A stretch of DNA of 64,000 bases from NCBI GenBank assembly GCA_028724545.1, contig JAQYCU010000066.1, forward strand, positions 417-64,416, written 5' to 3'. The stretch is from a bacterium. GTDB lineage: Bacteria; Bacillota; Clostridia; Lachnospirales; Lachnospiraceae. The stretch's first letter is position 1, and each line of letters starts with the position of its first letter. The notes beneath the pieces were generated by a model. It saw only the letters and a list, made by a program, of their open reading frames with translations. It had not been told where the DNA came from and did no database searches. The position numbers and the translations under genes were made by a program. This document shows positions 29,593 through 39,272 of this stretch, one piece after another.

Positions 29593-30831
29593 ATGAAGCG
29601 AAAAATAATATATATCGCAATCGTGGGAGCGATTTGTGCCACGGTAATGGGAACACGGATTTATCATAAACATCTTGAACAGAATGGCAGTTATCTGGGA
29701 ACAGAAGTTGTCGATTTTGGAGAGGAGAAAACGGAATCCGGCAAAAACGAACTAGCCAAAGGGAAGTCTGACGAAAACAAGTCTGATAACAAAGAAAAAG
29801 CGACTGCCACACCGGACAGCACGGAACCGGCAGCAGAAAACACGCCAGCCGTATCTGATGATGAGGAGTTGGCAGCAGAACCGACAGCAACACCAAAGGT
29901 ATATGACAAGATTATCAGTCACGGCAAAGTAAAGGCATATGACACGGGAACTGTTGTAATCGGTAACGCAGGTTATGAATTGTATTCTTATGTTGACAGT
30001 ATTGCCGGACGGTATGCGTCGCTGGTTAATAAACTCACAAAGAAACTGGAAGGGCAGGCGCAGGTATACACGCTGGTAGCACCTACCAGTGCAGGCATTA
30101 CGATGCCCGACAACAAAAGAAATCAGGTAAATTCTTCTTCGCAGGAAAAAGCACTGCGAAAAATCCAGAAAAAATTGTCCGGAAGAGAAACATTCGTACC
30201 TCTTTATGATACGCTGATGCAGCACCGGAAAGAATATATTTATTTCAGAACAGACCATCATTGGACTTCATTGGGGGCGTATTATGCTTATGAGATATTC
30301 TGCCAGAGCAAGGGGATACAGCCCAATCCGTTGTCTGCCTATAAAAAAACGGAGGCACCAGGGTTTAAGGGGACTTTTTATCAGGAAACGAACCAGAATA
30401 AAAACCTGAAAAAGGATACCCTGATATCGTATCACCCACTGGGCAGCAAAATTGAGATGAAGTATACAACAACAAATGGTGTTACGGCAAAAGCACCTGT
30501 TATTGCAGATGCTGAAAATTATGGCGCAGGATTGAAATATTGTGCTTATATTGCCGGAGATAATCCGTATACCGTAATCAAAAATAAAGCCATTTGCGAC
30601 AAGAGTTCCTGTATCGTGGTCAAGGAATCCTACGGAAATGCGTTTGTTCCTTATCTGGCAGACCATTACCAGACAATTTATGTGCTTGATTATCGTTATT
30701 GGGAAGGCAGTCTGACGCAGTTTGCCAAAAAGAAAAAAGTAAAAGATATTATTTTGATTAACAATATTTCTATGACAAGAAATTCATATTTAATAGGGAA
30801 AATGGCACAAATTATTTCGCAGGATAAGTAG
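29593..30831 (+). CDS. DHHW-family protein (AlgJ/AlgX/PatB-like putative O-acyltransferase partner), copy 1
   Basis: ORF 29575..30831. One N-terminal TM, an acidic low-complexity linker and the motif YFRTDHHWTSLGAYYAY. Confidence 0.8.
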   Translation: MKRKIIYIAIVGAICATVMGTRIYHKHLEQNGSYLGTEVVDFGEEKTESGKNELAKGKSDENKSDNKEKATATPDSTEPAAENTPAVSDDEELAAEPTATPKVYDKIISHGKVKAYDTGTVVIGNAGYELYSYVDSIAGRYASLVNKLTKKLEGQAQVYTLVAPTSAGITMPDNKRNQVNSSSQEKALRKIQKKLSGRETFVPLYDTLMQHRKEYIYFRTDHHWTSLGAYYAYEIFCQSKGIQPNPLSAYKKTEAPGFKGTFYQETNQNKNLKKDTLISYHPLGSKIEMKYTTTNGVTAKAPVIADAENYGAGLKYCAYIAGDNPYTVIKNKAICDKSSCIVVKESYGNAFVPYLADHYQTIYVLDYRYWEGSLTQFAKKKKVKDIILINNISMTRNSYLIGKMAQIISQDK

Positions 30832-30845
30832 TAAAGGATAGAAAA

Positions 30846-32291
30846 ATGGTTTTTAGCAGTTTGACTTTTTTATGTATATTTTTGCCGATTGTTGTAATAC
30901 TATATGCAGTTTGCCCGTCGCCATTCCGAAATCTGCTTTTGGCACTGGCAAGCCTGTTTTTCTATGCATGGGGAGAACCGGTATATATTCTGATTATGCT
31001 GTTTTCTACTGTGTTTGATTATGTGAATGGCAGAATGATTGCATATTATGACAGTCGGGGAAAAGAACGGCAGAAAAAATGCTTTCTGATATTGTCTGTT
31101 GTAGGCAATCTGGGGATTCTCTTTTTCTTTAAGTATACTGATATGCTGATTTCATCGTGGAATCAGCTGACGGCTTCCGGGGTGGATTTGTTAAAACTTA
31201 CACTTCCTATCGGAATTTCTTTTTATACATTCCAGACAATGTCCTACACGATAGATGTCTACCGGGGAGAGGTCAGTGCCCAGCGAAATATCATTTCATT
31301 CTGTATGTATGTCTGTATGTTTCCACAGCTGATTGCAGGGCCGATTGTGCGTTATAAAGAGATTGCCGGTCAGATAGAACAGCGCAGGATACGAGAGGAA
31401 GAGTGGGTTTCGGGAATACAGCGTTTCTTTATCGGACTGGGAAAAAAAGTGATTCTGGCAAACCAGATTGGGCTGCTGTGGCAGGAGATTTCCGAAAGCA
31501 ATCTAAACGAACTGAGTGTTGCAGGCGCATGGCTTGGAGCGATAGCATATACTTTTCAGATTTATTTTGATTTTTCGGGCTATTCGGATATGGCAATCGG
31601 ACTGGGCAGGATGTTTGGATTTACATTTTCGGAAAATTTCCGTCACCCGTATGAATCAAAGAGCATAACGGAATTTTGGCGAAGGTGGCATATTACATTG
31701 GGAAGCTGGTTTCGCGAGTATGTTTATATCCCGCTGGGAGGCAACAGGAAGGGAATCAGACGTCAGATTTTTAATCTGCTTGTGGTCTGGATGCTGACGG
31801 GACTGTGGCACGGTGCCAGCTGGAATTTCGTTCTTTGGGGACTTTATTATTTTGTCCTGCTTTTGGCAGAAAAACTGTTTTTGCTAAAAGAGATGGAACG
31901 CTGGCCTGGTTTTGTACGCCATTTATATAGTATGTTTTTTGTAATTGTCGGCTGGGTTATTTTTGCGACAGAAGATTTTGGAGCAATCGGAAAATATCTG
32001 AAGGTAATGTTTGGACTGGACCATTCCTTCTTGACGGAAACGTCGCTGTACCAGTGGCGTACCTATGGCATTTTTGTTGTTATACTGGCTTTGGCAGCAA
32101 CAGGAGTACCGGCAGCGTGTGTTAAGAAAATCAAAGCGTTTTTCCAAAAAAAACTGCCTGACGGAAAGGAAGACCGGGTGCAGGTTATTGGATTTGCGCT
32201 GTACAGTATGTACACACTTTGTATTCTTCTAATCAGTATGAGTATGCTGATTAGTGGTTCTTACAATCCATTTTTGTATTTTCGTTTTTAG
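30846..32291 (+). CDS. MBOAT-family membrane O-acyltransferase (AlgI/DltB/PatA-like)
   Basis: 481 aa, polytopic. Motifs FYTFQTMSYTIDVYRG, FWRRWHITLGSWFREYVYIPLGGNR and conserved His in LWHGASWNF. Confidence 0.92.
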   Translation: MVFSSLTFLCIFLPIVVILYAVCPSPFRNLLLALASLFFYAWGEPVYILIMLFSTVFDYVNGRMIAYYDSRGKERQKKCFLILSVVGNLGILFFFKYTDMLISSWNQLTASGVDLLKLTLPIGISFYTFQTMSYTIDVYRGEVSAQRNIISFCMYVCMFPQLIAGPIVRYKEIAGQIEQRRIREEEWVSGIQRFFIGLGKKVILANQIGLLWQEISESNLNELSVAGAWLGAIAYTFQIYFDFSGYSDMAIGLGRMFGFTFSENFRHPYESKSITEFWRRWHITLGSWFREYVYIPLGGNRKGIRRQIFNLLVVWMLTGLWHGASWNFVLWGLYYFVLLLAEKLFLLKEMERWPGFVRHLYSMFFVIVGWVIFATEDFGAIGKYLKVMFGLDHSFLTETSLYQWRTYGIFVVILALAATGVPAACVKKIKAFFQKKLPDGKEDRVQVIGFALYSMYTLCILLISMSMLISGSYNPFLYFRF

Positions 32292-32391
32292 GGATTGTAG
32301 CGACAGACGCAAATCGGATATTTGCGTTGCTTTTTCGCAGTAAATGACACAAAAAAGGATTCAGATGAAACATCCGGTTATGGAGCAGAAA

Positions 32392-33507
32392 ATGAAAAAA
32401 TATTATCATATTTATATTTTAATTTCTTTTGGAATACTGGTATGGTTTGGGCTGCAGTCTTTTGTGAAACCACAGAAGAGTTATTCAGAGCAGGAGAACC
32501 GTTATCTGGAACAATATCCGTCGTGGTCAATGGAAGATTTTATGGAAGGTGAGTTTCAGGATAAACTGGAAACGGCAATGAGTGACCAGTTTCTAGGACG
32601 GGAAAAGTGGATGAGTTTTTCTACGAGCGTAGAAAAACTGGCCGGATACCGGGAAATTGCAGATGTATATATAGGAAAAGACGGGTATTATTTTGCGAAA
32701 AAAACGCAGGATATGACAGACCAGAAACAATATAATAAAAACCTGCATTATGTGGAATATCTGGGGACACAGATGACAGGAAAGACCAGTCTGCTGCTTG
32801 TGCCTTCCCCGGCAAGCGTTTTACCGGAAAAACTTCCGGAACTGGCTTCTTATTACGATGCAGACGGTATGTATCAGACGGCGAAAACGATTGTAAAAAG
32901 TGCGGTGGTAATTGATACCAGAAAGGCTTTAAAAAAAGCAAAAAAGAAAGAGCAGGTTTATTACAAAACGGACCATCACTGGACGCTATGGGGTGCCTAT
33001 ACGGCATATCGCAGTTTTTGCCAGAGTGTGCAGATACAGGCAAAATCCTATTCTTATTTTGCACCGAAAAAAGTAACCGAAGAATTTTACGGCACGATGT
33101 ATTCTAAGGTATTAGATAAAAAGGCTGCGCCCGATACCATTTATGCAGCACAGAACCTTCCGGAAGTGACAACGGAAAGTGACGGGCAAAAAGGGCAGGG
33201 TGTTTATGATGTTCCCAAATTAAAGCAGAAGGACAAATATGCTTATTTTTTTGGAGGCAATTTTGGAAAAGTCCGGATAAAAACGGGAAACGGTAATAAG
33301 AAACTGTTGGTTGTGAAAGATTCGTATGCAAACAGTTTTGTCCCGTTTCTTCTGGAAGATTATGACGAAATCGTTATGATAGATTTGCGTTATTACCGGG
33401 ATTCGGTGAAGGAACTGCTGCAGGAAGAAGTTTTTGATGAAGCACTTGTTTTGTATGAAATGAGTAACTTCGCTGAGGAAAGCAGTTTATATCGGCTGGT
33501 TTACTAG
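32392..33507 (+). CDS. DHHW-family protein, copy 2
   Basis: ORF 32344..33507. ATG 32392 lies 7 nt after GGAG. One TM and the motif YYKTDHHWTLWGAYTAY. Confidence 0.8.
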   Translation: MKKYYHIYILISFGILVWFGLQSFVKPQKSYSEQENRYLEQYPSWSMEDFMEGEFQDKLETAMSDQFLGREKWMSFSTSVEKLAGYREIADVYIGKDGYYFAKKTQDMTDQKQYNKNLHYVEYLGTQMTGKTSLLLVPSPASVLPEKLPELASYYDADGMYQTAKTIVKSAVVIDTRKALKKAKKKEQVYYKTDHHWTLWGAYTAYRSFCQSVQIQAKSYSYFAPKKVTEEFYGTMYSKVLDKKAAPDTIYAAQNLPEVTTESDGQKGQGVYDVPKLKQKDKYAYFFGGNFGKVRIKTGNGNKKLLVVKDSYANSFVPFLLEDYDEIVMIDLRYYRDSVKELLQEEVFDEALVLYEMSNFAEESSLYRLVY

Positions 33508-33604
33508 AAATATAGAAGAGAGTATGCTATAATACCTATGTTTGTGGGGAAGCCGAACGAGATTGTGATAAAGAAAATAGTCGAAGGTAAGAATGGAGAA
33601 GAAG

Positions 33605-35320
33605 ATGAAGAGAAAGAAGACGCTAAGAAAGATATTGTGTGGAATACTGCTCACATCAAGTCTGACAGCAGTATGTGTAACGGATGTGGCAGCAGCCGGA
33701 GTGATATCCCAGACAAAAAGCGCAACGGCAACACAGAAAAGCGCGACATGGCCATCTGGTCCAAAAAAGAGCAGATTATCTTGTGATTCAGCGATTGTGA
33801 TGGAACTTTCCACTGGTTCTATTTTATATAAGAAAAATATTCATAAGCAGCATTATCCGGCCAGTATTACAAAAATTATGACAGCGATGCTGACGGCAGA
33901 AAACTGTTCTATGAGTGAAACGGTTACATTTTCAGAAAGTGCCGTTTACGGAATTGAAGCAGGAAGTTCTACGATTTATTCCGAAGTAGGAGAAAAACTG
34001 ACAGTAGAGCAGTGCCTGTATGCGATTATGCTGGAATCGGCAAACGAAGTCTGTTTAGGGGTAGGCGAACACATTTCAGGTTCTATCTCAAAATTCGTTG
34101 ATAAAATGAATGAGCGTGTTAAAGAACTGGGGTTAAAGGATACGCATTTTAATAATCCAAACGGACTGCCGGACCCGAAGCATTATACGACGGCATATGA
34201 TATGGCAGTGATTGCCCGTGAGGCTATGAAAAATTCTACCTTCCGAAAAGTGGCAGCTACCAGAAATTATGTTATGCCAAAGACGAATAAGCACAAACAG
34301 GTGCGTTACTGGAACAACCATCACCAGATGATTAACGGATACAAGTATCCAAAATATGAATATAAGTATTGTATTGGTGGAAAAACCGGTTATACCCATG
34401 TGGCACGGAATACACTGGTTACTTTTGCTGAAAAAGACGGTATGGAATTGGTATGTGTCATTATGTATGCCAACGGTCCGACGCAGGGCGAGCCAAATGA
34501 ATATACGGATACAACGACACTTTTAAATTATGGATTTGAGAAATACAAAAAATATACCGTAGACGAAAAGACGAGTGATATTAACAAAGATTTGTTTAAT
34601 AATTATGACAGTTATTTTGATACGGAAGAGTCGCCGATTCATCTGGCAGGAGAGTCTTCCGTTGTATTGCCAAAGGGCGTGGAACTGTCGCAGGCAACAC
34701 AGAAGATTTCTTATGACCAGAATGTGACATTGCAGGAAGGCGAAAATGTGATTGGCCATGTGACCTACACTTATGGTGGGCGCACCGTTGGCTCTACGGA
34801 TATTTTGTATACGAAGGCAAAAGATACGGCAGGAAAGCATCTGGATGCTGCATCACGAAAAATTGTAGATACGGAAATTAAACAGATAGAAGAAACAGAA
34901 AAGAAAGATGAGGAGAAGGCAAACTTCTGGCGAAAAATAAAGAATGCCATTGTAAGCGTGTTCCGGATAAAGGCTGTACAGATTATTCTGCTTTTACTCG
35001 TAGCCGTGGCAGTGTTCTTTGGAATTTTCTGTATGGTTAAGAATGTAAGGCTGCCAAAGCTGCAGCTGGGCAGAAAGCAGAGAAAACGCATGGTGGGTGG
35101 TTACCGGAGTAAAAGAGGAAAAAGAAAATATAACCGGAGAATGCGCAGGGAACGTAGTGAGCAGAGAAAGGCGAATAAAAGAGTCCGGAGAAATCATAGC
35201 AGCCATTATGAAAAGCAGACTCAAAAAGCCGAGAAAAAGAAACGAAGTAAAGGTGTCCGTTATAACAGAAGACATAAAAAGACGAAAGAGAGTTTCGGAA
35301 AGAACTTCTTTGATTTCTGA
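33605..35320 (+). CDS. D-alanyl-D-alanine carboxypeptidase (S11, PBP5-like) with a C-terminal TM and an Arg/Lys-rich tail
   Basis: ORF 33593..35320. Signal peptide present. Motifs SITK, SANE and KTGYT. TM AVQIILLLLVAVAVFFGIFCMV is followed by about 90 very basic residues. Confidence 0.9.
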   Translation: MKRKKTLRKILCGILLTSSLTAVCVTDVAAAGVISQTKSATATQKSATWPSGPKKSRLSCDSAIVMELSTGSILYKKNIHKQHYPASITKIMTAMLTAENCSMSETVTFSESAVYGIEAGSSTIYSEVGEKLTVEQCLYAIMLESANEVCLGVGEHISGSISKFVDKMNERVKELGLKDTHFNNPNGLPDPKHYTTAYDMAVIAREAMKNSTFRKVAATRNYVMPKTNKHKQVRYWNNHHQMINGYKYPKYEYKYCIGGKTGYTHVARNTLVTFAEKDGMELVCVIMYANGPTQGEPNEYTDTTTLLNYGFEKYKKYTVDEKTSDINKDLFNNYDSYFDTEESPIHLAGESSVVLPKGVELSQATQKISYDQNVTLQEGENVIGHVTYTYGGRTVGSTDILYTKAKDTAGKHLDAASRKIVDTEIKQIEETEKKDEEKANFWRKIKNAIVSVFRIKAVQIILLLLVAVAVFFGIFCMVKNVRLPKLQLGRKQRKRMVGGYRSKRGKRKYNRRMRRERSEQRKANKRVRRNHSSHYEKQTQKAEKKKRSKGVRYNRRHKKTKESFGKNFFDF

Positions 35321-35347
35321 TTTACTAAAAATGAAATAGGAAAGTAA

Positions 35348-35397
35348 ATACGCTTTGGTTTTGCCGTGTTCTGGCAGAACCAGGGCGTATTTTTTTG
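35348..35397 (+). terminator. Intrinsic terminator after the PBP gene
   Basis: atacgctttggttttgcc / ggcagaaccagggcgtat long stem (with G-U pairs), then ttttttt. Confidence 0.75.
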
Positions 35398-35553
35398 CGC
35401 TCAAAATGCGATACTAATCTGGTGGAAACGATTTTACGGTTAGCAATCTTTATACAATCTTTATGTCAGAACGAATTTATTTATGCGTACTTAACATCCT
35501 ATATGGTAAGATTCAATAGGATATTAACATGTATGGAGAAAAAGGTGGAAAAG

Positions 35554-36882
35554 ATGGGAACATTGTTAAAAAAACATCAACTGACTTCTTTTCGGATAAT
35601 TATTATAGGTTTTGCCGCTGCCATTCTGGCAGGGTGTTTATTGCTGATGCTGCCGGTTGCAACGAAAGGAGCCGGGGGAGCATCATTTGAAGATGCACTG
35701 TTTACCTCTACGTCAGCAGTATGTGTGACAGGACTGGTTGTGCAGGACACGGCCACTTACTGGTCGTCTTTTGGACAGTTTGTGATATTATGCCTGATTC
35801 AGATTGGAGGAATGGGCGTTATTACGATAGCCGTTGCGATTGCAATGGTTTCGGGAAAGAAAATCAGTCTGATGCAGCGAAGTACATTACAGGATGCGAT
35901 TTCTGCACCACATACGGGAGGTATCGTCAGGCTGACGGGATTTATCATAAAAATGACGGTATGCTTTGAACTGCTGGGTGCCGTTTTGATGTTTCCTGTT
36001 TTTTGCAAAGAGTTTGGAGCAGGAAAAGGAATCTGGTATTCTGTTTTTCATGCCGTGTCTGCTTTCTGCAATGCCGGTTTTGATTTGATGGGCATACGGC
36101 AACAGTATTCTTCACTGGTTTCCTTTGCCGGACAGCCGGTTATCAATGTTGTTATTATGCTGCTGATTATTGCAGGTGGTATTGGTTTTCTGACGTGGGA
36201 TGATATACGGGTTAATCATTTGCATTTCAGGAAATACCGTTTGCAAAGCAAAGTGATTATTACAACGTCTGGCATTTTGATTTTATTGCCAGCCATTTAT
36301 TTCTTTTTTGGAGAATTTGCAGAACTTCCTATGGGAGAGCGTGTTTTGTCTTCTTTGTTTCAGGCAGTTACGCCGAGAACGGCAGGATTTAATACGGTGG
36401 ATATGACAATGATGACGCAGACGGGCATCGGTCTGATTATACTGTTAATGCTGGTCGGTGGTTCACCCGGCTCGACTGCAGGTGGTATGAAAACAACAAC
36501 GCTTGCCGTATTGTGTGCATCATCATCTGTTTTCCGGGGAAAAGATGCACATTACTTTGGGCGAAGAATACCGGAAGAAACGATTCGCAGTGCGACTGCC
36601 CTGCTGATGCTGTATCTGACATTCTTTCTGGCTGGAGGACTGATTATCAGCAGGATTGAGGGACTGCCGTTGTTATCCTGCCTGTTTGAAACAGCTTCGG
36701 CAATCGGTACGGTAGGATTGTCGCTGGGAATTACTACGAAGTTAGGTCTGGTTTCCAGAGGAATTTTAATATTTTTGATGTATGTTGGAAGAGTAGGTGG
36801 TTTGACCTTGATTTATGCTGCTGTGTCAGGAACAAAAGTCAGCAGTTCCAAACTGCCACAGGAAAAGATTACCGTTGGATAG
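35554..36882 (+). CDS. ktrB: TrkH/KtrB-family K+ transporter membrane subunit
   Basis: ORF 35395..36882. ATG 35554 lies behind AAGGTGG (ATG 35533 is an alternative). Repeated pore-loop glycine motifs (IQIGGMG, AFCNAGFD, RTAGFN, IGTVGLS). Confidence 0.9.
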   Translation: MGTLLKKHQLTSFRIIIIGFAAAILAGCLLLMLPVATKGAGGASFEDALFTSTSAVCVTGLVVQDTATYWSSFGQFVILCLIQIGGMGVITIAVAIAMVSGKKISLMQRSTLQDAISAPHTGGIVRLTGFIIKMTVCFELLGAVLMFPVFCKEFGAGKGIWYSVFHAVSAFCNAGFDLMGIRQQYSSLVSFAGQPVINVVIMLLIIAGGIGFLTWDDIRVNHLHFRKYRLQSKVIITTSGILILLPAIYFFFGEFAELPMGERVLSSLFQAVTPRTAGFNTVDMTMMTQTGIGLIILLMLVGGSPGSTAGGMKTTTLAVLCASSSVFRGKDAHYFGRRIPEETIRSATALLMLYLTFFLAGGLIISRIEGLPLLSCLFETASAIGTVGLSLGITTKLGLVSRGILIFLMYVGRVGGLTLIYAAVSGTKVSSSKLPQEKITVG

Positions 36883-36893
36883 AGGAGGCAATT

Positions 36894-37541
36894 ATGAAAT
36901 CGATTTTATTGATAGGACTTGGCAGATTTGGAAGACATGTTGCCATTAAATTAAATGAACTGGGCCATCAGGTTATGGCAATTGACAAGCAGGAAAAAAG
37001 AGTAGACGCCGTGCTGCCATATGTGACAAATGCGCAGATTGGTGACTGTACGGATTATGACTTTCTTTCTTCCCTCGGCGTGCGCAATTTTGATGTGTGT
37101 ATCGTGGGAATAGGGGATGATTTTCAAAATTCTCTGGAAACTACTTCTTTATTAAAAGAGTTAGGTGCAAAATTTGTTGTGTCAAGAGCTGCAAGGGATG
37201 TTCACGCGAAGTTCCTGCTGCGAAACGGGGCAGATAAAATTGTATATCCGGAAAAACAGCTGGCTTCATGGACGGCTATCCGGTACAGTTCAGACCATAT
37301 TTTTGATTATATAGAATTAAGTAAGGACTATGCTATTTTTGAGGTTTCCATTCCCGAAAACTGGTTTGGCAAAACTATCGGCGAACTGGACATTCGGAAA
37401 AAACACAACATTACCGTAATGGCGTTAAAACAGGACGGAAAAATGGATTTGGAAATAACGCCGGAAAGACAGCTGCAACCGAACGAAACGATGCTTGTTC
37501 TGGGACGAAACCGTGACATACAGAAAGTTTTTCATATCTAA
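36894..37541 (+). CDS. ktrA: TrkA/KtrA-family K+ transporter regulatory (RCK) subunit
   Basis: 215 aa. Rossmann motif LLIGLGRFGRHVA followed by an RCK_C domain. Confidence 0.9.
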   Translation: MKSILLIGLGRFGRHVAIKLNELGHQVMAIDKQEKRVDAVLPYVTNAQIGDCTDYDFLSSLGVRNFDVCIVGIGDDFQNSLETTSLLKELGAKFVVSRAARDVHAKFLLRNGADKIVYPEKQLASWTAIRYSSDHIFDYIELSKDYAIFEVSIPENWFGKTIGELDIRKKHNITVMALKQDGKMDLEITPERQLQPNETMLVLGRNRDIQKVFHI

Positions 37542-37643
37542 AAGCCAGTTGTGCAGACAAGTCTGTACTGCACAGATTACAAATTGTTTGTACAGATAAG
37601 ACGGAACTCTCCGTTTAAAAGCCGGTTGTCTGTACGGGCAGTT

Positions 37644-37672
37644 TTGGACATAAAAAGAGTTCGTGCTATAAT
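37644..37672 (+). promoter_or_regulatory. Sigma-A-like promoter of the kdpDE-like pair
   Basis: TTGGAC (37644-37649), 17-nt spacer, TATAAT (37667-37672). Confidence 0.55.
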
Positions 37673-37706
37673 AGGAGCAGAAAAAAGCAAAGGGGAATGA
37701 TAAGGA

Positions 37707-39272
37707 ATGTTGCAGGGGACAAAAAGTTATCTGACAAAAAGACGGAAGAAGTTTGTCTTTTGTGTACAGGATATTATGAAATCGGCAGGTGCCTTGTTGC
37801 TGACAACGGGAATTGCATTTTTATTTCAGCGTCTTGGTTTTACAGAGGCAAATATTATTACCGTGTATATATTAAGCGTATTAATCATTTCGCTGGTTAC
37901 GGTCAATCCTATTTATGGCTTGCTGTCTTCTGCTGCAAGTGTCATTATTTTCAACTTTTTCTTTACGGAGCCTAAATATACACTATTTGCATATGAACAG
38001 GGCTATCCGGTTACCTTTCTGGTTATGTTTTTATCAGCATTAATTACGGGAACGCTGGCTTCGGAACTAAAGGAGCACGCACATAAATCGGCGCAGGCTG
38101 CATATCGGACCAAAATTCTTCTGGACACAGAAAAACTGCTTGGAAAAGCAAAGGACAGCAGTGAGATGATGCAGGTTACGGCACGGCAGCTGGTGAAATT
38201 ATTTTGCCGTGATACGGTATTATATGCAGGGGACGATTTGGAATGTCGCAACCCTTTTGTCTGTATGGCAGATGAAGAAAAAAGCAAAGAAGAGTATTTG
38301 TCAGAAAAAGAGAAAAATGTTGCCCGATGGGTTATGGAGCATAATCAGTGCGCCGGTGCTTCTACTAAACGTTTTCCGGATGCGAAGTGTCTGTATCTGG
38401 CACTCCGTGTCAATGACAGTGTGTATGGCGTGGCAGGCATTGCCATTGCTGAAAAAATGCCGGATGATTTTGAAAAAGAAGTTCTGCTTTCACTGCTGGG
38501 CGAGTGCGCCCTTGCGTTAGAAAATGATAAAAATGCGCGAGAAAAAGAGGAAGCAGCGATTATGGCAAAAAATGAGCAGTTACGGGCAAATCTGTTACGC
38601 TCGATATCGCATGATTTACGGACGCCATTGACTTCCATATCGGGAAATGCAAGCAATCTGATGGCAAACGAGGCCTGTTTTGATTCGGAAACCCGGCAGC
38701 AGCTGTATTCCGACATTTATGATGATTCGATGTGGCTGATAGGACTGGTGGAAAATCTGCTGGCGATTACGCGCATTGAAGAAGGCAGGGTAAACCTGCA
38801 TTTGTCGGTAGAACTGATGGATGAAGTGGTGAAGGAAGCCTTAAAGCATATAACCCGGAAAAAATCAGAACATCATATCAGTATTCAGAAGAGTGAGGAA
38901 TTTCTTCTGGCAAAAATAGATACCCGGCTGATTGTGCAGGTTATTATCAATCTTGTGGACAATGCTATTAAATATACGCCGAAGGATTCTAATATAGAAA
39001 TTAAGATGAAAAAGGAAAATGGTCTGATTGTGATTTCTGTTGCAGATGACGGACCGGGCATCGCGAAACAGGATAAGGAACACATTTTTGAAATGTTTTA
39101 CAGTGGCCAAAATAAAGTGGCAGACAGCAAGCGAAGCCTTGGACTGGGGCTTGCCCTTTGCAAATCAATTATCAATGCTCACGGTGGGGAATTACAGGCA
39201 GAGGACCGTGTACCACATGGAGCAGTTTTTTCGTTTACTTTGCCTGCAGAGGAGGTAAGCATGTATGAATAA
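37707..39272 (+). CDS. KdpD-like sensor kinase lacking the N-terminal KdpD/Usp module (DUF4118 TM region + GAF-like + HisKA + HATPase)
   Basis: 521 aa. TM block reads ANIITVYILSVLIISLVT... H-box LLRSISHDLRTPLTSISG, N-box INLVDNAIKYTP, G-box DDGPGI ... GLGLALCKSI. Confidence 0.85.
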   Translation: MLQGTKSYLTKRRKKFVFCVQDIMKSAGALLLTTGIAFLFQRLGFTEANIITVYILSVLIISLVTVNPIYGLLSSAASVIIFNFFFTEPKYTLFAYEQGYPVTFLVMFLSALITGTLASELKEHAHKSAQAAYRTKILLDTEKLLGKAKDSSEMMQVTARQLVKLFCRDTVLYAGDDLECRNPFVCMADEEKSKEEYLSEKEKNVARWVMEHNQCAGASTKRFPDAKCLYLALRVNDSVYGVAGIAIAEKMPDDFEKEVLLSLLGECALALENDKNAREKEEAAIMAKNEQLRANLLRSISHDLRTPLTSISGNASNLMANEACFDSETRQQLYSDIYDDSMWLIGLVENLLAITRIEEGRVNLHLSVELMDEVVKEALKHITRKKSEHHISIQKSEEFLLAKIDTRLIVQVIINLVDNAIKYTPKDSNIEIKMKKENGLIVISVADDGPGIAKQDKEHIFEMFYSGQNKVADSKRSLGLGLALCKSIINAHGGELQAEDRVPHGAVFSFTLPAEEVSMYE

